From Candidatus Aenigmatarchaeota archaeon (GTDB taxonomy: Archaea > Aenigmatarchaeota > Aenigmatarchaeia > CG10238-14 > SpSt-28), in assembly GCA_032249395.1 (NCBI GenBank), contig JAVVFY010000002.1:4239-68238 (forward strand): a stretch of DNA of 64,000 nucleotides, read 5' to 3'. Under the pieces are notes generated by a model. It worked only from the letters and a program-made list of their open reading frames with translations, made no database searches and had not been told where the DNA came from. A program made the position numbers and the translations under genes. The stretch's first letter is position 1; every line of letters begins with the position of its first letter. Shown in pieces: positions 47,381 to 56,616 of this stretch.

Positions 47381-48058
47381 ATGGAAATAGTTAAAGAAAT
47401 TATAGAAAATCCAACGAAAATTGCAAACTACATTGAACATACTAACGTTAAAGTTGAATCCACAAAGAAAGATATTGAAAATTTGTGTAAAGAGGTTTTA
47501 AAGTATAATTTTTATGGTGCTGTTGTTCTTCCTTACCATGTAAAGCTAGCAAGAAAAATTTTGAAGAATAAAGCTAAAGTTATAACTGTTATTGGATTTC
47601 CCTACGGTATACAAAGCACAAGAGCTAAGGTTGCCGAAGTAGAAGATGTTTTTGAATATGTAGATGAGTTTGATATGGTATTTAATAGAAACGCATTTCT
47701 CAACAAAGATTATAAATTAGTTGTAAAGGATATTAAATCTGTAGTAAATGCAGCAAAACCAAAAGTAGTAAAAGTAATAATAGAAACTCCATCTCTAACA
47801 AAAGAGCAAATAAAAATTGCTTCTAAGCTTGTGATTAGAGGTAATGCTCACTTTGTTAAAACTGCAGTAGGATATAGCGGAGCAGCTAAAGTCGAAGACG
47901 TTAAAATCATAAAAAGAGTAGTGGGTGACAAAATAAAAATTAAAGCGTCTGGGGGGATAAAGGATTTTAATCAGGCACTAGAAATGATAAAAGCTGGTGC
48001 CGATAGAATAGGAAGTTCTCACGGAGTTGATATTATAAAAACTTCACAAAAGATCTAA
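47381..48058 (+). CDS. deoC: Deoxyribose-phosphate aldolase
   Basis: IEHT, TVIGFP, KVIIET, FVKT..G, IKASGGI, RIGSS. Confidence 0.94.
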   Translation: MEIVKEIIENPTKIANYIEHTNVKVESTKKDIENLCKEVLKYNFYGAVVLPYHVKLARKILKNKAKVITVIGFPYGIQSTRAKVAEVEDVFEYVDEFDMVFNRNAFLNKDYKLVVKDIKSVVNAAKPKVVKVIIETPSLTKEQIKIASKLVIRGNAHFVKTAVGYSGAAKVEDVKIIKRVVGDKIKIKASGGIKDFNQALEMIKAGADRIGSSHGVDIIKTSQKI

Positions 48059-48059
48059 G

Positions 48060-49160
48060 TTAAGTGGAATATGAGTATATTTTAACTATATTGTTGCTAA
48101 AATAGATTTCTCCTTCTGTAAGCAAAGAAATTGAAACTTTGTTTGAAGGAGATAATAAAAGATTGTTACCCATTAAATCTTTAGTTATATTCAATCTAAA
48201 AGCAGTAATTGGAAGTTTTCCTATAAACACTTTTTGATTATTGACTTTGATTTCAACTGAGGGATAACCTTGTTGTACCAATGTAGAAGAAAACTCCAAA
48301 GCATAGAAATTATCTATTTCGCTTTGAGACAAAGGAACTTCAAAGGAAAAAGGCATAGATTTATACTTAACTATAACTCTAGCATCAAAAATATTGTAAG
48401 ATGTTTTAGATAAAACTCTGAATCCTTCATTTTTTACTTCAATATTTATAAAATTCATTTCTTTTATCTCGCTCACATTTATAGGTATCTCTTCAAATCC
48501 TTGAGTAGCTTTTTTCATAAATATAACATTTCCATTGAATTTGACTACTAAAAGACCGGAACCTTTAACATCTGCTATGGCTATTTTAATTTTAGCTTCC
48601 TCGATCTCCATTCTTTCTGGCTTTAAAATAAGCGTTGCCGACTTCGAGGAGAATAAGGACCTTTCAACTATAAAATCAGACTTACTATCTACTATTTTCT
48701 CATTTCCAAAATTAGAAACTTTAAAATCTTCTATAGAAAATGAGCGAGAGGTTAAAGTTAAAGTTGGTGCAACGTATACTTTAACATAAATTGCGTCTTC
48801 TCCACCTTTACCTCTAGCTATTATATAACCTGAATACGTACCATAACCAGTTGGAGAATTTAGAATTGCTTTTATTTCTTTTTCTCCTATAACATTAAAG
48901 TTGTTCTCGCTAAACGAGATTATTTGTGAAAGAGTTTCGTTAGCGATCAGATTTACGTTTGTCAGGTTTCCTATGACTTTAAACGTTATTGTTTTTTGAG
49001 AGTTTGGTAGCATTCTTATTGAAATGCTTCTTGGTTCCAAAGAAGGAGGCAATTCTTGAGGAGTCGCCCAAAAAATAAGCATAATTCCTATGAAGACTAA
49101 CGCACCTAATAAAATGAAGACAAACTCATCTATTATCATTTGTTTTGCCTGAGATTTCAT
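48060..49160 (-). CDS. Membrane-anchored beta-rich surface protein
   Basis: Short charged leader plus TM (MKSQAKQMIIDEFVFILLG), then beta-strand-rich sequence. Confidence 0.7.
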   Translation of the reverse strand: MKSQAKQMIIDEFVFILLGALVFIGIMLIFWATPQELPPSLEPRSISIRMLPNSQKTITFKVIGNLTNVNLIANETLSQIISFSENNFNVIGEKEIKAILNSPTGYGTYSGYIIARGKGGEDAIYVKVYVAPTLTLTSRSFSIEDFKVSNFGNEKIVDSKSDFIVERSLFSSKSATLILKPERMEIEEAKIKIAIADVKGSGLLVVKFNGNVIFMKKATQGFEEIPINVSEIKEMNFINIEVKNEGFRVLSKTSYNIFDARVIVKYKSMPFSFEVPLSQSEIDNFYALEFSSTLVQQGYPSVEIKVNNQKVFIGKLPITAFRLNITKDLMGNNLLLSPSNKVSISLLTEGEIYFSNNIVKIYSYST

Positions 49161-49193
49161 AAATTATGTTGAAAATAAGAAATAAAAATGAAA

Positions 49194-49382
49194 TTAGCCA
49201 TTAATCTTCTTCAATCTAGTTATATAACCGGCAACAACGTTTCTAAGTTTTTTGGAAGGAATGTCTACATATTTTTTAACAATTTCCTTATTTTTCTCAA
49301 AATCTGTAGTAAACTCATCCTTATGTTCTCTATAGAGTTTCTCTCCAATGTTCTTTATCATTGTTGTTTTTATCCTTCCCAC
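49194..49382 (-). CDS. rps17e: 30S ribosomal protein S17e
   Basis: MGRIK, FTTDFEKNK, SKKLRNVVAGYIT. Confidence 0.96.
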   Translation of the reverse strand: MGRIKTTMIKNIGEKLYREHKDEFTTDFEKNKEIVKKYVDIPSKKLRNVVAGYITRLKKING

Positions 49383-49390
49383 TATATCAC

Positions 49391-49951
49391 CTATGGTTTC
49401 AATCTTTTTATTTCATAATATGTGACATCATTTTCCTTATCTACTACAGCCCAAACAAAAGTAGCCCTTATGTTATGAGCTAATCTTACTGCTCTTGACA
49501 TTTCTGGTAAAGAGAATGCTGCTTCTTCTGGAACAGCATGAACAATAAACTTAGTATGCTCAAAAGGCGCCTTAGGTCCTCTTTTTATCTTTACCCCTTT
49601 CTCATAAACTCTGAAATGGGCACCAAATTTATAGCCAGTTTTAACCAAATATCCTTTATTTCTTAAATCTGAGTAGACAACATACTGAGCATGGAACTGA
49701 TTTAATCTACTTTCTCCTACTTTCATCATCTCTCTCAAATCTAGCATTCTTTTTTTATTGTTTTCCGTTACATAAATTTTTAACTTTCCTTTCTCGAGCA
49801 AATAAGTAGCTTCTATTAAATCTAACTCCAATCTTTCTGGAGCTTCTAGCGGCATTGGTTTTCCATAGCCGTGCTCATAGTATAAATTCGCCGCTTCCTT
49901 ATCCCATATTATGACTCTTTCTTCTATCAATTCTCCTTCGAAAGCTTTCAT
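49391..49951 (-). CDS. endA: tRNA-intron endonuclease (single-unit, 186 aa)
   Basis: LDLIEATYL, VYSDLRNKGY.VKTGYKFGAHFRVY, H, RLAH; start reassigned to ATG 49951 because the track ORF overlaps a tRNA. Confidence 0.92.
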   Translation of the reverse strand: MKAFEGELIEERVIIWDKEAANLYYEHGYGKPMPLEAPERLELDLIEATYLLEKGKLKIYVTENNKKRMLDLREMMKVGESRLNQFHAQYVVYSDLRNKGYLVKTGYKFGAHFRVYEKGVKIKRGPKAPFEHTKFIVHAVPEEAAFSLPEMSRAVRLAHNIRATFVWAVVDKENDVTYYEIKRLKP

Positions 49952-49992
49952 AATAATATTTAGATCTTGCTTGTTATAGATTTTAACATAAT

Positions 49993-50078
49993 TGCCCCCG
50001 CCGGGATTTGAACCCGGGCCACCGGCTTTTCGCAGAAAACCGCAAGCCGGGGTTCTATCCAATCTAAACTACGGGGGC
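49993..50078 (-). tRNA. tRNA-Arg(GCG) with 12-nt intron (50028-50039)
   Basis: CCGGC-TT-GCG-G-[TTTTCTGCGAAA]-A-GCCGG; TTGC pairs with intron GCGA. Confidence 0.92.
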
Positions 50079-50117
50079 GTAATACAATTATTTAAAAAAC
50101 GAAACGAATAAAGAAAG

Positions 50118-50276
50118 ATGAGATGCACAAGCTGCAACATAGAAGTTAAGTCAAAAGAGAATTTTGTTATATTTGATTGTCCAAAATGTGGTAAGGTTAA
50201 AATAGTTAGATGTAACTCTTGTAAATCTTTAGGAAGAAAATATAGTTGTAACGAATGTGGTTTTGTTGGACCATAA
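50118..50276 (+). CDS. Zinc-ribbon protein (DUF1610/HVO_2753 family)
   Basis: MRCTSC...FDCPKCG...RCNSC...YSCNECGFVGP, upstream of EF-1beta as is usual in archaea. Confidence 0.9.
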   Translation: MRCTSCNIEVKSKENFVIFDCPKCGKVKIVRCNSCKSLGRKYSCNECGFVGP

Positions 50277-50307
50277 TAGTTTTATATAAATTTTCCATAT
50301 CTTTAGA

Positions 50308-50562
50308 ATGGCAAAAGTACTAGTAACATTAAGAGTAATGCCTGAGGATGTTAATACAGATTTAGAAAGTATAAAAAACGAAATATCATCTAAAATTGGT
50401 GCTCAAATAAAAGAAGTTCCAATAGCTTTCGGTATCGTTTCTCTTTATGTTTCTACAATTATTGAAGATAAAGAAGGTGAAATAGAAAGAGTAGAAAAAT
50501 TACTTAAAGAAATAAAAGGGGTTGGCGAGATAGAAGTGCTAGAAATAACTAGAACTTTATGA
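50308..50562 (+). CDS. ef1b: Elongation factor 1-beta
   Basis: LRVMPED, EVPIAFGI, IKGV. Confidence 0.92.
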   Translation: MAKVLVTLRVMPEDVNTDLESIKNEISSKIGAQIKEVPIAFGIVSLYVSTIIEDKEGEIERVEKLLKEIKGVGEIEVLEITRTL

Positions 50563-50576
50563 GTTTTTATTTTTAC

Positions 50577-50665
50577 AATACAATTGTATTACAGGGCAGA
50601 GATGCCTACCATAGAAAGAATCAACTCTTTCTATGGTTATTAGCTCGATGATAAGAGGGCTCTGA
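50577..50665 (+). promoter_or_regulatory. Palindrome plus structured leader upstream of the TRAM gene
   Basis: AATACAATTGTATT 50577-50590; GGCA-GAGA-TGCC; 12-bp hairpin ACCATAGAAAGA/TCTTTCTATGGT 50608-50637. Confidence 0.55.
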
Positions 50666-50687
50666 ACTAAAGGGGGTTAAGGTTTAA

Positions 50688-50948
50688 ATGTTGTTTGAAA
50701 AAAGAGGTTTCGTAAGAAGATTTGCAAGAAATAATGCTCCCAAGCCTGTTAAAGTTGGAGAAGAATATGATGTAGAAATAACAGAGACCGGAAGTAAAGG
50801 AGATGGAATTGCTAGGATAAAGAATTTCGTAGTGTTTGTTCCAGGAAGCAAGAAAGGAGAAAAGAAGCACATAAAAATAAAGGAAGTTAGAACCAAGTTC
50901 GCTATAGGAGAAATTATCGAATACACTAAAAATCTTGCAGAAGGTTAA
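50688..50948 (+). CDS. Single TRAM-domain RNA-binding protein
   Basis: PVKVGEEYDVEITETGSKGDGIARIKNFVVFVPG. Confidence 0.92.
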   Translation: MLFEKRGFVRRFARNNAPKPVKVGEEYDVEITETGSKGDGIARIKNFVVFVPGSKKGEKKHIKIKEVRTKFAIGEIIEYTKNLAEG

Positions 50949-51657
50949 TAAAGCGTTTAGAATCGTTTAACATGAAAACATTATTAAAATAAACAAATAT
51001 TTCTTTCGACTTTAATTTTTTTATTTTTTCTTTCATTTCCCTCATTTCATCATCGTTATATTGATGATAATAGTTTATTTTTCCATTTTTGTAAGAACCA
51101 TGAAGTCTGAAGTATGAAATTTTTTTCGTGACAGTAGGCAACCTTTGATTCAAATCGCAAACGTCTATTACCTCAAATTTCTTGCAGAATTTTTTTATAT
51201 CATCTTTGTTCCAGCCTCTTAACTCAACACCAATTTCAAAATCTTCCCTCTCAATATTCCTAAAGAATTTTTCAGCGTTTTCCCAGTTCTCATTATTACT
51301 CTTAAAACTTTCTGGAAGTTGAATAACAATAACTTTTGTTTTTAAAATTTTTGCATACTCTACCATCTTTCTCCAAAATTCAAAAACCTCTCTAGTTGGT
51401 TTTAAATATCCGACTCTCTCCTTGAATTTTGAGACATCGATGTTAGATCTTTTCCAAGTTCTCGATTTATGAGGATGTGTAATTCCTTGGAATGCTTTGA
51501 AATTAAAAATGAAATCTTCCTTAGCCATTTTTCTCCATTTATTCAAAAGCTTCACATCCAATATTTTATAGAATGTTTGTTGAATTTCAACTGTATCGAA
51601 ATCTGAGAAATATTTTTTTATGGATTCAGGAAAACCGCATGTACCAACATATATCAT
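50926..51657 (-). CDS. DUF72 family protein
   Basis: IYVGTCGF, VEIQQTFY, QLPESF, YFRLHG, VYFNN. Confidence 0.92.
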   Translation of the reverse strand: MIYVGTCGFPESIKKYFSDFDTVEIQQTFYKILDVKLLNKWRKMAKEDFIFNFKAFQGITHPHKSRTWKRSNIDVSKFKERVGYLKPTREVFEFWRKMVEYAKILKTKVIVIQLPESFKSNNENWENAEKFFRNIEREDFEIGVELRGWNKDDIKKFCKKFEVIDVCDLNQRLPTVTKKISYFRLHGSYKNGKINYYHQYNDDEMREMKEKIKKLKSKEIFVYFNNVFMLNDSKRFINLLQDF

Positions 51658-51687
51658 AGATTAATTTTACAAAAAACTATAAAATTA

Positions 51688-52149
51688 ATGAAGATCAAAA
51701 GCTCTCTAGTATCGCAACTTTTAGATATAACTATAATATTGCTAACACTTATAACAATAGTGTTTTTAAAGATATACTACGATTTCGAACCGTTCAAACC
51801 TTCAATTCAATTTTTGCTAGTCTTATTACTTTTAGCTGCGGATTTGTATGTACTTAACGACCTAATAATAAGAAGAATATATACATACGAAATAGATGAT
51901 GCTGGAGTAAAAGAAAATTTCACTATCTTTTCAAAAAGAGAAACATTTATACCATATTATAACATAACTAACGTTGAGTTGAAAAAATCGTTCATTGGAA
52001 GAGTGTTAAATTATGGAAACGTAGAAGTAAGCTCTCCTAAAACAAAAATTATACTTATAGGAATTAAGGACCCTGAAAGAATATACAATAAGATTAAAGA
52101 AAAGATTGAAATGTTTAAAACCAAAATAAAAGAAAATGAAGAGCATTAA
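51688..52149 (+). CDS. Membrane protein with bacterial PH domain
   Basis: Two TM, then IPYYNITNVELKKSFIGRVLNYGNV. Confidence 0.8.
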   Translation: MKIKSSLVSQLLDITIILLTLITIVFLKIYYDFEPFKPSIQFLLVLLLLAADLYVLNDLIIRRIYTYEIDDAGVKENFTIFSKRETFIPYYNITNVELKKSFIGRVLNYGNVEVSSPKTKIILIGIKDPERIYNKIKEKIEMFKTKIKENEEH

Positions 52150-53428
52150 AGTTTATATTGAAACGTATGGATGTAGCGCAAACAAATCGGATACAGAAAT
52201 AATGATGGGTCTGCTTAAAGGAGCGGGATTTCAAATAGTAGAATCTCCAGATACTTCAGAGATAAACATAATAAATACATGCATTGTTAAAACACCTACA
52301 GCAAAAAGAATGGAAAGAAGAATAAAATTTCTCAGCAATTTGAACAAACCGTTAATAGTTGCTGGATGTATGGCAAAGTCGGAACCTGAAAGAATAGATA
52401 AATTTGCCCCAAAAGCTAGCAAAATAACTCCAAACGCCGTAGCTAATATAGTTGAAGTTGTAGAAAGGACACTAAAAGGAGAGAAAGTATTCTATGATAA
52501 AAGCGATATAGAAAAAGTCTTATTACCAAAGATATCATTCAATAAAATAATATCTATAGTTCAAATAGCCTCTGGTTGTCTATCTGCATGTACATTCTGC
52601 GAAACAAAAATATCGAGAGGTATTCTAAAAAGTTTTAGACCTTCATCTATAATAGAAAGAATAAAAAAAGATTTGAAGGAGGGGTTCAAAGAATTCTGGA
52701 TTACTTCTCAAGATAATGGTTGTTACGGGTTTGATTTGAATGTTAATCTAGCTGAGCTTTTGAAAAAAATTGTAGAGTTAGATGGAGAGTTTATAGTTAG
52801 AGTTGGAATGATGAATCCTTTTCATTTAATTAAAAACAAAGAGTTAGTTAATGGTTTAATTGAAGTTTACAAGTCAGAAAAGATATTTAAGTTCCTACAC
52901 ATTCCTCTACAATCCGGAAGCAATAAAGTTTTGAAAGATATGAGAAGAGGATATACAGTTGAGGAATTTGAAGAAATAGTAAAAGCTTTTAGAAAAGAGA
53001 TTAAAGATGTCACAATTGAAACTGATATAATAGTTGGGTATCCTACAGAAACTGAGGAAGATTTTGAAAAAACAGTAGAAGTTATAAAAAATATTAAACC
53101 TGACGTAGTAAATATTTCTAAATTTTCACCTAGACCAAAAACCCCTGCAGCTAGTTTAGCTACTTTGCCCCCAGAAATTGTAAACAAGAGGAGCAAAATT
53201 TTGTTTAAATTAACTAGAGAGATTTCGATGAATAAAAACAAATCTTTGATTGGGAAAATAACTAAAGTTTTCGTAGATGAAGTAGGAAAAGAAAAAAGCT
53301 ATATAGCGCGCACTTTACAATACAAACCTGTAGTGATAAAAACTGAAGAAAAAATATTTGGAAAATTCGTAGACGTAGAAATTGTTGATGTAAAATCTAA
53401 TTATCTCGAAGGAAAACTTGTTATTTAA
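52136..53428 (+). CDS. tRNA methylthiotransferase (MtaB/MiaB-like radical SAM)
   Basis: ETYGCSAN, NTCIVK, VAGC, CLSACTFC, QSGS, TDIIVGYP, C-terminal TRAM. Confidence 0.94.
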   Translation: MKSIKVYIETYGCSANKSDTEIMMGLLKGAGFQIVESPDTSEINIINTCIVKTPTAKRMERRIKFLSNLNKPLIVAGCMAKSEPERIDKFAPKASKITPNAVANIVEVVERTLKGEKVFYDKSDIEKVLLPKISFNKIISIVQIASGCLSACTFCETKISRGILKSFRPSSIIERIKKDLKEGFKEFWITSQDNGCYGFDLNVNLAELLKKIVELDGEFIVRVGMMNPFHLIKNKELVNGLIEVYKSEKIFKFLHIPLQSGSNKVLKDMRRGYTVEEFEEIVKAFRKEIKDVTIETDIIVGYPTETEEDFEKTVEVIKNIKPDVVNISKFSPRPKTPAASLATLPPEIVNKRSKILFKLTREISMNKNKSLIGKITKVFVDEVGKEKSYIARTLQYKPVVIKTEEKIFGKFVDVEIVDVKSNYLEGKLVI

Positions 53429-53603
53429 TCAATGGAATACTTTAAAAACTATTATCCCAAACATCAATATGATAGAGACAAAAATAAAGTTATACTTCAT
53501 TAAAAGAAGTGATTGAATGTCAGCTTTTTTAATAATTGTTTTTAGACAAATAGTATTCATTCATTTAATGCCGACAATAGGGAATATGTAAGGAGGTGAC
53601 TGA

Positions 53604-53765
53604 ATGTCGATCTTTTGGGATGTACTTTTTGCAAACCTGGTTTCTGGAGCACTAAACACGCTATTTTTCTGGACTTTTCCAATAATCCTTTTCTTTGTAT
53701 TAAAGAGGATTCTCGGAAAGCGGTGGAGGAAAATTGAGAAGATAATTAGAAAGGTAGCTAAATGA
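53604..53765 (+). CDS. 53-aa membrane peptide with basic tail (below ORF-track cutoff)
   Basis: Perfect SD GGAGGTGA at 53592-53599; MSIFWDVLFANLVSGALNTLFFWTFPIILFFVLKRILGKRWRKIEKIIRKVAK. Confidence 0.6.
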   Translation: MSIFWDVLFANLVSGALNTLFFWTFPIILFFVLKRILGKRWRKIEKIIRKVAK

Positions 53766-54063
53766 ATTTTCTCATAACTTATGCTAATCCAATGAAAGAT
53801 AACAAATTTAGATACAAGCGAATAGAGAAATTATCGATTGGTTAGGTAAGAAAAACCGCTACGTTACTTTAGTTGCTACAAAAGGTAGCGAGGAGTTTAA
53901 AATTTTTGAAACTCTAAACACTAACTATACAATTCCAGGAATTCTGAGAAAAGAAGAACAAGCAAAGAACACGGTTGCAAAGTTGCTTAAAAATTAAAGT
54001 TTTGAAGTTACTCAATCTTGAGTAAAAATTTGTTATTTAAGCTATATTTTCAAAAAAATTATA

Positions 54064-55539
54064 ATGAGAAAGATCGAAAAAATAGAACAAATAGCAAAAA
54101 AGAGAGGATTCATTTTTGCATCAAGCGAAATTTATGGTGGCTTAAGCGGAACCTATGATTTCGGACCATTAGGCACTCTACTTAAAAACAAAATTATAGA
54201 GTTTTGGAGAGACTTTTTTGTAAAAAGCGAAGACAATATATTTGAAATTGAAACCAGTCTAATTATGCCAGAAAAAGTTTTTGAAGCTTCGGGCCACTTA
54301 AAGGGATTTATTGACCCTATAACTCAATGTAAAAAATGTAAGAGTATATTTAGGGCAGACAACATAATAGAAGAATCTATAAAAATGTTTGTTGAAGGGT
54401 TGAGCAGCGAAGAATTAACAAAAATAATAAGAGAAAAAAACGTTAGATGTCTTAAGTGTGGTGGGGAGTTGGATGACGTAAAAGTTTTTAATTTGATGTT
54501 CTCTATGAATGTCGGTGCTCTAGGAGATACAAAAGGTTATTTAAGACCTGAAACTGCCCAAGGCATATTTGTTAACTTCAAAAACATATTAGTTGCTACT
54601 AGAGCTAAACTTCCATTTGGAGTGGCTCAAATTGGAAAATCTTTTAGAAATGAAATCTCGCCAAGACAATGGCTAATAAGATTGAGAGAATTTACACAAG
54701 CAGAAATAGAATTTTTTATAAATCCTGAAGAGAGAACCTTTGAAAAATTAAAAGATTACGAAAATGTAAAAATAAGAGTTTTAAGTAGAGAAGCACAAAA
54801 ATCTGGAAAACCAGAAGAAGAAATGAGTGTTAGAGAAGCCTTGGAGAAAGGAATTATTCCTTCTGAATATTTGGCCTATTTCATTGCAAAAGAACAAATT
54901 TTCTACGAATCTTTAGGTATACCAAAAGAGGCAATAAGATTTAGACAGTTATTGCAAGAAGAAACTCCACATTATAGTAAAGGGAATGTTGATATGGAAA
55001 TTCTTTTTGATTTTGGTTGGAAAGAAGTTGTTGGGAATGCTTATAGAAGCGATTATGATTTGAAAAAACATTCTGAATATTCAAAAACCGATTTGTCCTA
55101 TGTTTTGGAGAACGGAAAAAAGATTATTCCACACGTTGTTGAGCCTAGCTTCGGAATTGAAAGAACTATTTATGCTATACTTTTATATTCTTTTGTTGAA
55201 GATAAAGAAAGAGGATGGGATTGGTTTAAATTCAATCCAAAAATAGCTCCAATAAGTGTTGCTGTGTTTCCGTTGCTAAATAAAAAAGAAATGGTTGAAA
55301 AATCTATAGAGTTGTTTAAACATATAAAGAAGTATTTTGATGTTATATTTGATAAAAGTGGTTCTATTGGAAAAAGATACGCAAGAAGTGACGAAATTGG
55401 CATACCATATGCTATAACCATAGACCATCAAACTTTCGAAGACAACACTGTAACCATAAGAGATAGAAACACTACGAAGCAAGAAAGGGTTAAAATTGAA
55501 GAACTTATAGACAAACTAACTAATCTTTTGAAGGTCTAA
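54064..55539 (+). CDS. glyS: Glycyl-tRNA synthetase (alpha2 type)
   Basis: YLRPETAQG, SFRNEISPR, REFTQAE, HVVEPSFG, SIGKRYARSDEIG. Confidence 0.97.
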   Translation: MRKIEKIEQIAKKRGFIFASSEIYGGLSGTYDFGPLGTLLKNKIIEFWRDFFVKSEDNIFEIETSLIMPEKVFEASGHLKGFIDPITQCKKCKSIFRADNIIEESIKMFVEGLSSEELTKIIREKNVRCLKCGGELDDVKVFNLMFSMNVGALGDTKGYLRPETAQGIFVNFKNILVATRAKLPFGVAQIGKSFRNEISPRQWLIRLREFTQAEIEFFINPEERTFEKLKDYENVKIRVLSREAQKSGKPEEEMSVREALEKGIIPSEYLAYFIAKEQIFYESLGIPKEAIRFRQLLQEETPHYSKGNVDMEILFDFGWKEVVGNAYRSDYDLKKHSEYSKTDLSYVLENGKKIIPHVVEPSFGIERTIYAILLYSFVEDKERGWDWFKFNPKIAPISVAVFPLLNKKEMVEKSIELFKHIKKYFDVIFDKSGSIGKRYARSDEIGIPYAITIDHQTFEDNTVTIRDRNTTKQERVKIEELIDKLTNLLKV

Positions 55540-56028
55540 AATTAATGAAGCAAAGACTTCATTCCACCTCTCTCTTTCTAGCCATATAAATTTGCCATAT
55601 TCTTTATATTCATCTACATAATTTCTATGAACAACAGCTATAACAATTTTGTTGCTTTTTAAGATGTCTTTAATTTTATCTTCGAACTTTTTACTAAATA
55701 ACTCCATTTTTCCTATTTCATCTACAACAATAAATCTACACTCTTTTTCTGCAACCTCTAAAGCAGGAATAGCCACGTCTTCAAAAATGCCTACATCTAC
55801 AAAATACTTTCCAACTCTGTAGTTAGTATTATAATAAATGCTAGCAAATACTTTCTCTTTTAGATTTAATAAATCAACAACCTTAAAACCTATTCTAATT
55901 CTTCCTTCTCTTACTTCTGGAGAAATTATGCCTCCAACTTTGATGTTTTTCTTTTTTAAAAATTCTATTAACTTAACAACTAAAGTTGATTTTCCGGAAG
56001 CAGGTGGCCCGCTAATCAAAAACTTCAT
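55516..56028 (-). CDS. Nucleoside-triphosphatase (THEP1/NTPase_1)
   Basis: GPPASGKST, EVREG..GF, VDEIGKMEL. Confidence 0.92.
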   Translation of the reverse strand: MKFLISGPPASGKSTLVVKLIEFLKKKNIKVGGIISPEVREGRIRIGFKVVDLLNLKEKVFASIYYNTNYRVGKYFVDVGIFEDVAIPALEVAEKECRFIVVDEIGKMELFSKKFEDKIKDILKSNKIVIAVVHRNYVDEYKEYGKFIWLERERWNEVFASLILDLQKIS

Positions 56029-56055
56029 AAGCTTATTAATTTTTAATAAGATATA

Positions 56056-56616
56056 ATGATAATGAGTCTTGAAAAAATGATCGAACTAGCAAACATTATA
56101 CAAGATGAAGAACTTAAGAAAAAAACTATAGAAATATTGAAAGATATAAAGCTAACTCATCCTACGCTTAAAAATTATGAAAGGGAAGATCCAGAAAAAG
56201 TTAAAACACCTTTTGTCGTAAATGATACCATAGTTATAAGAGAATTGACAAACCATACTGTTAGCGTTACTGAAGCATGTATAAAAATCGCTGAAGTAAT
56301 TGAAAAAAATTACGGGTTTAAAGTTAACAAAGATGCTTTAGTGGCTGGTGCCTTGCTTCACGATATAATGAAAGTTTATGAGTTTAAAGATGGTAGACCA
56401 ACAAAAATTCTATTTGACCATTCAGCTTTAGGTTTTGGAGAACTGTACAAAAGAGGATTTCCAGAAGAAGTTTTACATTTGGTAATATCGCATGCTGCCC
56501 CATCAACAAATCCACCAAGAACACTAGAAGCATTAATATTGCACTACGTTGATACTTTACTAGCTTTGGCAGAATTTGGAATATATTCTCAAATAGTAGA
56601 AAAAGAGGAGAAATAG
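56056..56616 (+). CDS. HD-domain protein
   Basis: HTVSV, GALLHDIMK, DH, SH, LHYVD. Confidence 0.88.
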   Translation: MIMSLEKMIELANIIQDEELKKKTIEILKDIKLTHPTLKNYEREDPEKVKTPFVVNDTIVIRELTNHTVSVTEACIKIAEVIEKNYGFKVNKDALVAGALLHDIMKVYEFKDGRPTKILFDHSALGFGELYKRGFPEEVLHLVISHAAPSTNPPRTLEALILHYVDTLLALAEFGIYSQIVEKEEK

